Source: Convolutriloba macropyga
Lineage: Eukaryota
Reading direction: 5' to 3'
Assembly (NCBI RefSeq): GCF_964194025.1
Contig: NC_134479.1
Coordinates: 42,966,001 to 43,030,000, forward strand
DNA length: 64,000 bases
Position 1 is the stretch's first letter; each line of letters opens with the position of its first letter. The notes beneath the pieces were generated by a model that did not search any database, was not told the origin of the DNA, and saw only the letters and a list, made by a program, of their open reading frames with translations. Below, in pieces: positions 12,810 to 25,599 of the stretch. The position numbers and the translations under genes are program-made.

Positions 12810-13897
12810 CTACTTGTCAACAAGATTTACAACAACCACTTCACCGTAGAAGTAGAGTAAAAACTGCTTCAAAAAAGTCGCACGTGATCAAAATTTCCCT
12901 GACTTAGCAAAAAATTCTCACACTTACTTTGCTCGCTCTCTCTTTCGCGGCACGAACAGACACTACTATCTCTCGGCTATTCAATTCGCTCAACCGTTTG
13001 ACTTAAAAACTTAGTCTTCACGTGCGGCATTGAGTTTTACATCGTTTCATAAACACACCAAACATACTCACAAAAATTATCGATAAAAAATGGACGCTGC
13101 ACCAAGACTTTGAGTTGTAATAAGACAGCGCGCCAAGACAGTACAAATTTTTTGAAGTGTAAAAAATGAGAGCACCTAAATAATACCCGTTTAGAGGCTG
13201 ACGGCGACTATTAAATAGTGCAAAATTTAAAACTAAAAAATTGTGTGGTTCAGGAACTATTACTTTATAAAAAAAGAGAACGCCTAATAGCCGTTGAGAG
13301 GCTAACGGTGACTATTCATGAGTACAAAAATTAAAACATATCCAGCAAATTTCCGGAAATAGCCAACGTTGATTCCCATGCCCAAGATTGGGATTGAAAG
13401 AAAAACTAAAAAAAGAGATTTTTTTTACACAAACATATTAAAATGCGACAAAGAATTTTGATGTCATTTTGGTGCTGAACATACTCCTGTTTCGAAGTGA
13501 GAAGAAACAGGGGCTAGTATCAATACCAAAAAGTATCCAAAGATGGTAACTAAGAACAAAGATTGAGTAACGGGCATCTAAAATTGTGCTTTTATGGGTT
13601 TATCCCGTTTCTATTTCTGATTTCGTTTTTTGATACTGACTGTTCATTTTGAAGTGCTTTGCTAACTAAACAAAAAACTAGACCTAGAACGGACTATGAG
13701 CGAGTTGAAAAAACCATTTCTAAAAAAATCAGATAAAAAAAAATAAAAAAAAACAGAAAATCAATGTCAAAAAGCCGCATGTGAACAAAAAACCACCAGC
13801 GAGAAATAGAAATTTGGTTCAAACAAAAAACTAGGCCTAGAATGAACTATGAATGGATTGGGAAAACTATTTAGAAAACCTGATCCCAAAAAAATTG

Positions 13898-14097
13898 NNN
13901 NNNNNNNNNNNNNNNNNNNNNNNNNNNNNNNNNNNNNNNNNNNNNNNNNNNNNNNNNNNNNNNNNNNNNNNNNNNNNNNNNNNNNNNNNNNNNNNNNNNN
14001 NNNNNNNNNNNNNNNNNNNNNNNNNNNNNNNNNNNNNNNNNNNNNNNNNNNNNNNNNNNNNNNNNNNNNNNNNNNNNNNNNNNNNNNNNNNNNNNNN
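13898..14097. other. Assembly gap (200 N)
   Basis: Run of exactly 200 N flanked by repeat-family sequence on both sides; 14102-14297 is nearly identical to 12613-12809. Confidence 0.99.
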
Positions 14098-14528
14098 ACC
14101 GCTAAGAACCGCCCTTCAAACCAGAAGTAAAAGTCTCCAAAACAGTTTGAGCTGAAACAGAGCTGAGCTACCTGTTTATCCCGTTTTTGAGGACGAAAAG
14201 TCAAATGCGTCAGACGCAAAATTCGTTAGGCGAAAAGTCGCATAAAAGACCGACAGGACTAAAATAATTGCTACAAACTTTGTTTGAGAGTAATTAAAAA
14301 AGAAATAAAAAGAAATGAAACAAAAGAAGAAAACAGTTGATTAAAAACAACAATTACCCCTTTTTGAGCCAAGAATATAGGAGCCATTTTCGGCACCAAC
14401 TCGGGCGAGAACTCATGCCCCTTCTATTGGTCTCATTATCAGTCCGTGCGTTTTCTTGTAAAATAAAATGCTTTCTTCAAATTGTTACATGAATGCCATT
14501 GAGCAGACAACCAACCCAATGAACTTAC

Positions 14529-17500
14529 CGAACAATGAGTACAAAGGTCCCAGAACACAAAACAGCAGCCCCACCAAGGATGGAAATGCAAAAAGAACAA
14601 TCCTCCAAAAACTTGTCAGTCTGTTGATCTTGCCCAGTTCAAAACCCACGTCCATAACCGCAAAGAAAACTGCAATTTCTCCCATGGTTGCAATTTGTAC
14701 AACATCTGAGATTATGTTGAGACAAGACGGCCCAACCATTACACCTGGAAAAATTTAGACTGTTTACTGTAAGCAACAACGTCATATCTGAGAGCACATT
14801 TAAAAATGGTAAAAACAACAAATCAGCGTATACATAAATACGCGGTAACGAGAGAAGTTGTTCAATTTTTGCGGCCTGCAATCAATTTTGCAAATACTGT
14901 GGGCAAAGATACTTTCGCCTATTGCTATGCCAAAGAGGTAACAGACCCCTTCTTTAAGCGCAAGTGAAACTGTACTGGACTGAGAACAGTTCTCGGCCCC
15001 CTGTGATTGCGTTTTCTAATATTGATGGTGAATGGGGCTAATTTCATAAGCATAAATCACACGTATTCATAATACTTTACATGAAAATGTTTTACATGAA
15101 AACTTTGCAGATCAAAAATTTCATCTAATGGATCTAGAGCTGAGCGGACTATCACTTAAAAAACATGAAGTAACATGAACAAAATAACACCAAATAAATT
15201 GGAAAAAATTTACCTGCACTTATAAATCCAATGACAGACGGCAACATGATCAATGTGCACAAATAGGACAAACTGAACCCAGTGACTACAACCACCATTA
15301 CATCTATGATGAGCTTTCGGTCCTCGAAAGATATGGTTGTATCTTTCGGTTTGGAAAGCACGTATTTGTTATCTCTCGTGTCGATTAGAACTTCTGCCGG
15401 TCGGTCTTTGTTCAATTCTCGGTTCTCGTCATTTTCACGAAGCTGAAAATTAAACAAATTTACTGTAACAAAATTTCATTTTTTGCAATTAAAACACAGA
15501 TATTGAACGCTACCGTGATGTAGCCAATAAAAGATCGGGGTTTAAAGAGTTAAAAAAACTCACTTATATAAAAAAAATGCTGAATTAATATTTTCTGGGC
15601 ATTTACATGCTGAGGCATAGTAGTGCACCAGTTACGATTACGTCAAAGCAATCATTCTATAACGAATTTGAAATCATGAGATTTTACCGTATGCTGCTGC
15701 TCTTGGGTCCGTTTATAACTAAAGAAACTCCTTAGCTTTTGAAGTTGAAGAATTTTCACAGATGCTGCTAGATTTGAATTCCAGAAAAGAATTCCATGAG
15801 AGATTCGTCTTTTCAAGGCAAAATTTTCTAGTAGTTTGGTACGTCGATTGGATAAAGCGCCTTTTTGTTGTTTATATGATCAAAATTTAAACGTTTTATG
15901 GTTAATCAGTTCAACGGCTGGAATTATATGGTTCATTACTTTCCTAGAAACCAAAAAGAATTTTTACATCTAGAAAGAACGAATCGTTAGAATGTTTGTT
16001 CCAGATTTTAACTCCGTGGAGCCATCAAACTTTTTTTCCGGTTGAAACAGGCATTCACTTCACAGATAATCCGTTTTTCAAGTAACCCATAAAATTATAG
16101 GTACAATTTAGAAGAATAGCATGCTAAAGCAGATATCATAGGACTAGAGAAGTTAATAACAGCAGTGTACTGTTGCGAAAATTTTACGGGTTTTTATTGC
16201 AATAATAATGGCTCTGATGCCACAAAACATTTTTGAGGATACTTTTATATTGTATTGTATGGCAATTATATTGTTAGCAATTAACAGGCAGTCAAGTCAG
16301 CACACAATTCTAAGTTTTGTTAAGAGGAATTTTTTGGACGGAAAATGACGCATTCCGACTTATAACTGTTGTAGTCAGGTAATGAGACTAATGGCATTCA
16401 AATGCTCCCTTGAGTAAATTAATATTGATGATTTGTACGCAAAATCAAAATTTTTTTGTTTGAAGTGAAAAGTAAGGTGTTGTCAGCATAATGAAATATC
16501 GCCGAATGAGCTGATATTTTAACTGTGAGATCGCTAGTATATATAAACACTGAACGTCAAAAGTAAGTTAACAACGCCTAGTTTAACAAAATAAAAATTT
16601 AATTTTGACGCAATACTACTACATCTTGCGATCAAATTTCGGAGAAAATTTTACACCATTGATTCCCCTGGGTAGTGGTCTCGCCTACTTTAAAAATTAC
16701 GACAACACGTAACGGTTTCTTACCAGACAACCCAATATAAAGTTGACGAACTCCATGCAAGATTCATTGTCAAAAGAAATTAGTCTCAAAATGTGATATA
16801 TTTTTTTCACGTTAGTTCAACTATGATTGGGTTTGTACTTGCGTTGAAAGAGAAAAAATAATGATAAAATGTGATTTCATGAAAACTTGTCTTTTGTGAG
16901 ACGTGGAATGGGTTAGTCAACTGTCACGCCACTATTTCGTGCCTCATAGTTACGCGATGATTTTCCTTTAAATATCCATCAATAGTGCTATAATTTAGCT
17001 CATTCAGATAGATCTCACGGCCATATATAGCTAGTATTTCCGTCTAGGCCTATAGCCCCTAATTTATTTATGTTTACTGAAAACAACCGCAGATTGACAG
17101 TTTACTGATAAACATATTAAGTGCCTAAAAGCCTCGAAATTTACCTTTTTGAGTTCCCTGACGATGAATTCGCATATTTGGTAAATATCTTCATGAGAAA
17201 CTATGTATTGGTGAAGTAATTATTTTGATAAAGTAGGTGCTAATACGGAAATTGTATATGTACTTAACAAACATCAAGAGACATAGAAAATCGCCCAACT
17301 TGTAGATCAGTAAAAATTTGCGAAGGACCAATACAACTCAAGGTACATTCCTGCGGAACGACGATCACCAGAACACCGGAGAACCAGCCTGACGATCAGT
17401 TGATAACAGTCTCTAGAAACTTAACTGAAATTTCTGAAAATTATCATTGAATACAGTTAATTCATTTGGTTAAATTAATTAAAGATTGAACTGGATAATC

Positions 17501-20500
17501 TTTATAAAATGCTAAGTTAAAACAGGCTTCTTTAGAGCTTAATTACAACTAATTAAAACTCTAAAGTACGAGGCAACTAGTGGATTTATTACGCATCCGA
17601 ACAGCTAATTAAAAGGCTATTAATAGCTAAATTTATTCAAATTATATCCGCTAAAAATCGCACTGTGAAACATCTAAATTAGTCCTTGTAATATGATAAT
17701 AATTCACGTTATTTACTTCAAATATTAACCTCAATAACTCCACGAGGACCTCTTAAAAGTCAGTGCGTAAAGTCAACTTTTTATTGGAGTATCTGTTAAG
17801 TTACAGTTGCGTATTTTTTGAATTTCACATGTAGGCAAGAATACTAGTGGAAGGGATCAATGATGTAAAAATTTTGGGGTGCTAACTTCCTTTTGTCGTT
17901 TAGTTTAAATTAAGAAGCGAAGGTTCCAATAGTGATCCCTGTGGTACAAGATCAAGGTTAATGCATCATACTTTCATGACTAATCATGTCAACTTCAATA
18001 CAGAAACATTTATTGCGATACATGCTTGCGTCGATACGTATTTTTGCTTTAAATAAAAACTGACTGTTTGTTTGAAAGTTTTAAAACACTGCAGGCATAT
18101 TGCCGGAAAACAGCCGCTATAGACGCTTGTGGCCTTCCGCAAAATAATACAACTAAAGAAATACGATTTACAGATCCACCACCAGTCCTTTAATAGACCA
18201 CTAGACCTTTTGGGTTAGAATCCGACTGTCAAATTTATGACGTATATGGTCTTTAAAGAAAAAGCCCTAAAAGAGCATTTTCAAAATTGATATTCGAAAT
18301 AGAAAACTCAAGACTAATACTGAAAAATTATGGCTTATAAGTTTGGCACTACTTAGATGCGCACTAATGATCTTTAATTAGTAAATGTTCACAAAATTTA
18401 AAGTTCAGTAAGTGAGTTCGGAAGTCATTTTTTAGTGAGGTAAGTCACGCAATTGACCTAAAAGCAGAAACGACCTAACCCACACAAATTTTAACCGCAA
18501 GGCAGTAAAGTCACTGAAGTCATTGAAAAAGTCAATTCTGAGGAGTCAGGTCGTAATAATCATATATGGAGACGACGAATTAAAAAACATTGAAATACAG
18601 TTCAAAGAATTGTATTAATTTATGACATATTAAGTGCCCAAAAGCCTCAAAATTTACCTTTTTGAATTCCGTGACGATGAATTCGCATATTTGGTAAAAA
18701 TCTTCATGAGAAACTATGTACTTGGTGAAGTAATTATTCTGATAAAGTAGGTGCTAATACGGAAATTGTATATGTACTTAACAAACATCAAGAGACGTAG
18801 AAAAGCCGGAAATTGCCCAACTTGTAGATCAGTAAATATTTGCGAAGGACCAATACAACTCAAGGTACAGCCCTGCGGAACGACGATCACCAGAACACCG
18901 GAGAGCCAGCCTGACGATCAGTTGATAACAGTCTCTAGAAACTTAAATGAAGCTTCTGAAAATTATCGTTGAATACAGTTAATTCATTTGGTTAAATTAA
19001 TTAAAGATTGAACTGGAAAATCTTTTTAAAATGCTAAGTTACAACAGGCTTCCTTAAAGCTTAATTACAACTAAATAAAACTCTAAAGTACGAGGCAACT
19101 AGTGGATATATCACGCATCCGAACCGCTAATTAAAAGGCTATTAATAGCTAAATTTATTCAAATTATATCCGCTAAAAACCGCACTGTGAAACAAATTAG
19201 TCCTTGTAATATGATAATAATTCACGTTATTTACTTCAAATAATAACCTAAATAACTCCACGAGGACCTCCTAAAAGTCAGTGCGTAAAGTCAACTTTTT
19301 ATTGGAGTGTCTGTTAAGTTACAGTTGCGTATTTTTTGAATTTTACATGTAGGCAAGAATACTAGTGGAAGGGATCAATGGTGTAAAAATTTTGGGCTGC
19401 TAACTTCCTTTTGTCGTTCAGTATAAATTAAGAAGCGAAGGTTCCAATAGTGATCCCTGTGGTACTACAAGATTAAGGTTAATGCATCAGACTTTCATGA
19501 CTAATCATGTCAACTTCAATACAGAAACATTTATTGCGATACATGCTTGCGTCGGTACAATAAGTTAAAATAAGAAGATAAAAATAACCAAAAATCTCAA
19601 TAAAACTCTGAAATTTTTTGAAAAGACTCAGTAAAAAAGACACAGATTGCAACAGCTACTGAAGGATACAATTACCTTAAAAATTTGAGTCTTCAAAGAC
19701 TACGGTTGAGACTAAGTGTAAGACAGCAATAAGTACAAAATACTAGCAAAACAAAAAAAATCGCTTAAGTAATTTTTTTTTAGAAAACGAACAAGCGTAA
19801 AAATCACAAAAAACAATAGCTATGAACTGACATGACTTGCTTTAATTGAAGCCTTTTTAGCAACCAATGAGACCTGTCCATAATGAGAATAAGTTAAGAC
19901 GACAAAGTTGAAAAGAAAAATTCAAAAAATTCGATAATGATTGAAAACAATTGGTGTCAAAGTCATAGAACGCACTAGCTTTGAAAAACAAACGATTAAA
20001 TCGATAAACTTAACAGCATCAGAGACTTGTCCTCAATAATATTAAATGATAAGACATCAAAAAGTACAAAAAATACGTGTGCAGACTAGAAAAATTTTGA
20101 GAAAAAGTAGCGTCAATGTCATCAAAACCACTAGCTAAAAACTCGAGCCATTGATTAAGTTATTGTATGCCTCATTAGCAACCAATCAGACCTGTTATTG
20201 ATTGCACTAAGTGATGAGACAACAGATAATTTTAAAAAGGGGCCAAAATCTAAAATTTACTGATATTTTATTACAACAAACATTGGCAAAGTCATAAAAA
20301 GTTTTCGCTGCCCCTTAATGAATTCAAGCAAAGGCAAATAAGAACAATTAGAACACATATGTAGCGTCTTAAAAGCACTGAAGGAGAGGAAACTGCGCAC
20401 TTGAAAAAAAAATCCACCTCAAAAACCGCCTCAATTGTTCAAACAGCAATTTGAAAGACCAATTTTGAAAAAAGTCACTCCTCAAATCTACTCGATTTTT

Positions 20501-22014
20501 CGCTCCCTTTACAATTTCAGTGTGACCAAAATCACCACTTTAATTTGACTTCTTACGTGAAAAAGCCCAAAAACGCGTGAAAAGACAGCGCACCAAAAAA
20601 AAAGACAGCGCACCAATACAATTCAAATTCTTTGAATTGTAAAAAACACGATGTCCCCAATAATAGTCGCTATCGCTTCGCGGTTATTAAAAATGTTTGT
20701 TCAAATTTTTGTTCAAAAAATTGAAAGGGTTACAGAGTTAGAGAAAAGATCTGTATTTCTCTGATAAAAATTTATTACCTGTTTTGTAAATAGGTATTAC
20801 TATCGCTTTTTTCAGCTCTTGAGGAAATTTCTCTTCGACGAAAAATTCAATAAAAGTAGAAATGATACATTTCCAGTTCAAACGGGAACTTTCAGGAGCG
20901 TTTGACAAATATTTAAACTGTGTTTAAACTGGGTAAATATTACCTGGAAGACAGCTTCTATTTCTCCAACGTGTTTCTGCGATTTCTCCTCGACCTCTTC
21001 TTGTTCGTTATCATCACCACCCACTCCGACAGACTTCCCACCTACCTCACTGCTATCACTATTTTGACAAGAGTTGGCAATATAGAAAACAAATTCCTCA
21101 TTTTTGTTGAGCAAATATTGAAGCATAAAAAATCAAATTAACTATTTCTAGCTTAAACGTTATTAACAATTGCGCAAATCAATGCCTTTTTTGACGAAAT
21201 CAAGCAAGAATTCGAAAAGTTAATCAAAATCCGCAATTTCTCGATTGTGAAACAAAATTTTCATTAAAATTTTCAGAATAGTATATTGAATCATCCAAAT
21301 TCCTCGCTTATTTTCATATTCGACTTTCCTTTAAAAAATGTAGCGACTTCGTTTTCTTTTTTTTTAAAAAAAAATTGCCAACTCTAAATCCGTATCTGAA
21401 ACATCCGCTGCCACTAAATGCAACTCATTGATCATATCCACAAACATTCTTTTCACAATCGAATCACGTGTCACGTTCAACATCTTTTTTGAACTCCTTA
21501 ACCTTTTCAAACTCTCTTCAAGATCAGAAATATCTTTCAATTCAAGCTCTTCACTGTAAATTGCCCACTGTAACTTTCCAATGCGGTCTTTTGTGTTCTT
21601 TTTCAGCAGCTCGACATCATTAATGTCGCCCTTCAAAACTCCACCGAAAGAATCTAATGCTGATGAAACGAAGCTTTCTGATTGGTTGATTTCTTTCACG
21701 AATAGATTGTACAACTCCATTTTCAGTTCAAACTGTTCGCGCTCAATATTTGAACCCCGTTTTGAGGAAATCTGTTTTCCAAGTTGCGATAGAAGCTCGT
21801 TAACATGCTTAAAAACCTTCGCTTTCTTTCTAAGCATAGTTGAAACTTGACTACATCCATTCGAGAACCATTTTGATAGAACATCTGGCGATTTTGTCAA
21901 TTCATTTTCGCGCTCGTCAGCCTTATGCTTTTGCGAATGGCAGTAAACAATATAAAGGGTAAAAAATATAAATAAAGCATGGCAGTATTTGGAGAGTCCT
22001 CTAGAAGGACTCAT
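14529..22014 (-). CDS. TMCO3: TMCO3 (transmembrane and coiled-coil domain 3, CPA2-family cation/H+ antiporter), 5' part only. Exons 22014-~21383, ~21058-20944, 15442-15214, 14744-14529
   Basis: Signal-like N-terminus; WFSNGCSQVSTMLRKK, FVKEINQSES, LKGDINDV, IEAVFQ, VLIDTRDNKYVLSKPKDTTI and GVMVGPSCLNIISDVVQIATMGEIAVFF match recalled vertebrate TMCO3 segments in order. Junctions 2/3 and 3/4 are canonical and in frame; junction 1/2 is tentative. Confidence 0.88.
15700..16560 (-). pseudogene. Highly decayed LINE reverse-transcriptase remnant in TMCO3 intron 2
   Basis: Minus strand reads ..YTSDLTVKISAHSAIFHYADNTLLF (YADD-like) at ~16470-16545; the remainder is broken by stops and the boundaries are approximate. 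Confidence 0.45.
17112..19554. repeat. ~925-bp direct duplication (17112-18033 and 18625-19554) separated by a HINE-like insert
   Basis: The two copies align end to end with scattered substitutions and small indels. Confidence 0.92.
19600..20340. repeat. Second degenerate tandem family, ~155-170-bp unit (also ~39420-40900 and ~62480-62900)
   Basis: Recurring gcaaccaatgagacctgtc..taatga..taagtga.aagac at ~19860, 20015 and 20178. Confidence 0.55.
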
Positions 22015-23093
22015 GATCAATAAATTAAAAATTTGATAATTCTAATTGAGGAAAGAGTGCATTAACTATCTGAAAACGCATTCCGGTTGAAATTGAAGTT
22101 GCGCTGAAGTTCCACCAAATAGCGCTAATTTCCATTTAAAATTTGAACAAGAGCAATTTAGATCCCGCAAAGCTTAGGATCACTCAACGACAGCGCTCAA
22201 AATGAAGGGAGCTTGATAAAAAATAAAAGTAGCAACAGAGATCACAGACACTATTAATAGTTCTGAACTTTGTTAGCGTAACATATCAAAGCTTACCGCT
22301 ACTTTTCAAATTAAACAAATGGACAGATAACTTTAAATGAGGCAAGCCGTTTAAACCCATAAACTCCACAGTCCGAATCAAACTTGGAATAACGATACCA
22401 CGCAACTTAGGAAACAAATTAGTTTTTTGTCACTATGACGCGAATATCAAGTTTAAATATCCAGCTGCACCTCAGACAAAAGCCATCCAACTGGCACACA
22501 ATTGGCTTTGGTAGTAGCCAACTTGGGCTAATGAAGACTTTCTCAAGCTCAACAGAGAGGGGAGGTGAGCGAGTAGAAAAAAGGAGTATATTGGGGCACT
22601 GGGGATATCGAGCGGGGGTGAGGACTGGGGGAGAGGGGGGTAGTCCAAACCTTCAAAGTGCCTTTCACATGTGTTTTTAACTGTTTATCCTGTATCAGAG
22701 GATAAAAAGTTGCGTGTTCAGACGAAAAATCCATCCGGCAAAAAATCGCGTAACAAAAATAGGACACGAATAATTACTAAAAACTTTGTTTGAGAGCATT
22801 TGATTGAACTAGAAAATGAAATGAAGTTCGAAACAATTTTTCAGTTTAAAGCCGTTTGACTTCATATCAAATCTTTAAAACACACAATCGATCAAAGCAA
22901 AAAATATAAGCGCAAAATAGTTTGGATATGTTGTTGTGCTGTGTTTTAGTAAGAGCAAAATTAAGTACAGAGCGTCCTTTTTCATGATGGCAAGGATATA
23001 TGGAAACTACACGGACAGATGCATAACTATGTAAAGCAAAATTTCCAAAAATCCAATGTACACAAAATATTTGCACGCAAGCAATTTTGGAAG

Positions 23094-23509
23094 GGTTACA
23101 TGACAATTTACCCAATTCCATTTTACCCAATGCCATTTTACCCTACGCCATTTTACCCAACCTGCCAATTTACCCAATGCCATTTTACCCAATGCCACCT
23201 TACCCAATACCTACTTACCCAATGCTCTTTGATCTTTTCGTTCAATTATCCGATTACAAATTAGCAGTCGCTATTTCAAGGATGATTTTTAATTTATGTG
23301 GACATTATAATCCCATGTTCGATTGTGATAGTTTCATATCAAGTCCCACGGGCCATTTATTTTATAGTCGGCTAAATAGTCGTTCTGGTTAATTTAGCAA
23401 TGGGGGTAAATTGGGTAAGTTGGCATTGGGTAAAATGGCAGGTTGGGTAAAATGGCATTGGGTATAATGGCATTGGGTGAAATGGAATTGGGTAAATTGT
23501 CCTGACACC
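23094..23509. mobile_element. Non-autonomous Mutator/Foldback-type element with TIRs built of 15-bp tandem repeats and a 9-bp TSD
   Basis: TSD ttttggaag at 23085-23093 and 23510-23518; arms of (ttttacccaatgcca)n and (tggcattgggtaaaa)n. Confidence 0.9.
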
Positions 23510-24049
23510 TTTTGGAAGAAAGTACATTTCACAGACGATTAACAATGAAAACAAATGCATTGAGGAAAAAAGAAGGATGTTAAATTCTAAAGGTGTCTAG
23601 AACAGAAGAACAAAATTTGGAGCTTTGTATATCAAGCAACAATTATTAGAGAACAATCGACAGACTGTAGAAAAACTATGATCGTAAAAAAGTCAATACT
23701 TTATCGTGGGACTAACAATTTATTTCGACGCCATAAAAGACTCAAGCGTCATCTCCACATGATAGGCAAACAAAAAAGTAAAACATAACCAACTAATGGC
23801 GGACGAATTTTCCTCATCCGCCCGCTGACGAGTTGTGACCAATTTAAGTGTTTCAACACGCCTTAAGGATTTCCTTAAGGTTACAAGTGCTTTTTGATAA
23901 AAACTTATTTTACAATACATGGTTGAATTGAAAAAAACAAAATGAATTGGCAGCGCTCATTCAGTTAGATCATTAGTCAAAAACCTCCACCGATTAAGTC
24001 ACGCTGGTCTATAAAAACACATCAGTGAAAGAACACGGATCTATTCTGT

Positions 24050-24755
24050 TTTGCCCCCCACCCCCATTGTTTCTTACGCCCCCAGTTACTAATTATATGT
24101 TGATATAAATCGCGTTACTATGAAAAAATAGCACGTGGCATGGGAAGGGGCGTAAAAAATATAAGCCCACAGAACACATAATCCAAGAACACATTAGTTT
24201 GTCTATGCCAAAGAACAATGTTGATGATGCATCAATTCAAGATGGCCCAAGCCAATACTTTGAAAATTTAAAATATTCCCGCCGAACGAAGTTGGAACTT
24301 GGATTTGTCCAAATGGAACGTGTAAAGCAGTAATTCCCCGATAAAAGAGACAGAATATGACTTTATACTACTGAATTTATACAAAAAGAAGCATGTCTTC
24401 AACGCATTGAGCACAAACATGAACATAATTTGTGGAATTTTTTCGGTTTGTGCCCCCAGTTACAGAGCACGTGTGATTACACAGAAAATCATAATTTAAA
24501 AATATGGTACGTGCGTCTGGGAGTGCAAATAATATGCACCCACTAATCTGGGGGCACAAACCGAAGCGATCCAATAGTCAAACATTTTGTACTTGTTTGA
24601 AAAAAGGGATCTATTCTTCTCAACCCCCCTCCAGCTTAGTGGGTATATAGCTTCTAAGCCCCCAGGCGCTCGTGATATTTTTGTCAACAAAACGTGTTAT
24701 AAAACAACACAAATTTTAACTGGGGGCATAAAAACACTGGGCGGTGGACTGGGTG
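24050..24755. mobile_element. Degenerate TIR element
   Basis: ttcttacgcccccagtta (~24070) versus taactgggggcataaaaa (~24717); no TSD verified. Confidence 0.4.
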
Positions 24756-25599
24756 AAAAAGAAAAGATCTTAAAATGTTCGCACATAGGAGGGGTTTGAA
24801 CCGTCTACCTCATTCTCCCAGTCGCTCACCGAAACACTAAGGTTTGTTTATGTTATCTTTGAACGGTTGTTTTTCTAATACAGAAAAAAATTTCGCCCAG
24901 TGCCTGTAGAAATTGTTTGTTTTAACGGATTGTCGCTCTTAATCCAACCACCCAAAATATAAATTAAATTATATGACCCCAAAAAGATGCTGCATAGTGC
25001 TGCGTTTTCCAAGCTGTCAGCAACAAATTTCTGGTCAATTAACCAGAAACCACAAATGAATACTCGACAGTCAAACGAGCGAAAAGAGAAAAAGTTGATA
25101 ATAAATCTTACAATTAATCAATTCCGACTATAATCCGTTACTATAATCGATCGAGTTGATTTGTAGGTGCCTGCGTAGGATAATGAGTACATCGCAATTC
25201 TCATCTTTTAAAAAATAAAAATTGACCTGAAGTTAAATTCTTAATTTATGCACGCAGGCTTGAATTTGAGCGTCCATAGCATTATAAAGACAACAACGAT
25301 AAGAGAATATCACCCAAAAAAGACAGAATAAACGGATTCCCTTCACTCAGAATTATATTCTTTGATAATCTCAGAAATAAAAGTGTTATCTGCAATAAGC
25401 ATGTTTTGTAAATATGACATTTTTTTTCGGAAAAACTTGCAGCAAATATAGTGAATTCTCCAAGATTTCAATCGATTTACTGTAACTTAGATAGGAAATG
25501 AAAAATTCAAGCATCACAGAGTTGGTCAAAATAGCTGACCTCCAATTTAGGAAGGGAAGCAGATATTCATTTTAAAAAGATTATTGTGAATTACTCAAT

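Noticed and set aside
13767-14219. ORFs spanning the N run
   Set aside because: Artefacts of the assembly gap.
23007-23560. Repetitive ORFs (MALGK/FYPMP repeats) and CRISPR-like periodicity
   Set aside because: Translations of 15-bp TIR subrepeats; no spacers and no cas genes.
24782-24845. tRNA-like segment on the minus strand (GGTTCAAACCC)
   Set aside because: Degenerate, no cloverleaf; at most a SINE-head remnant.
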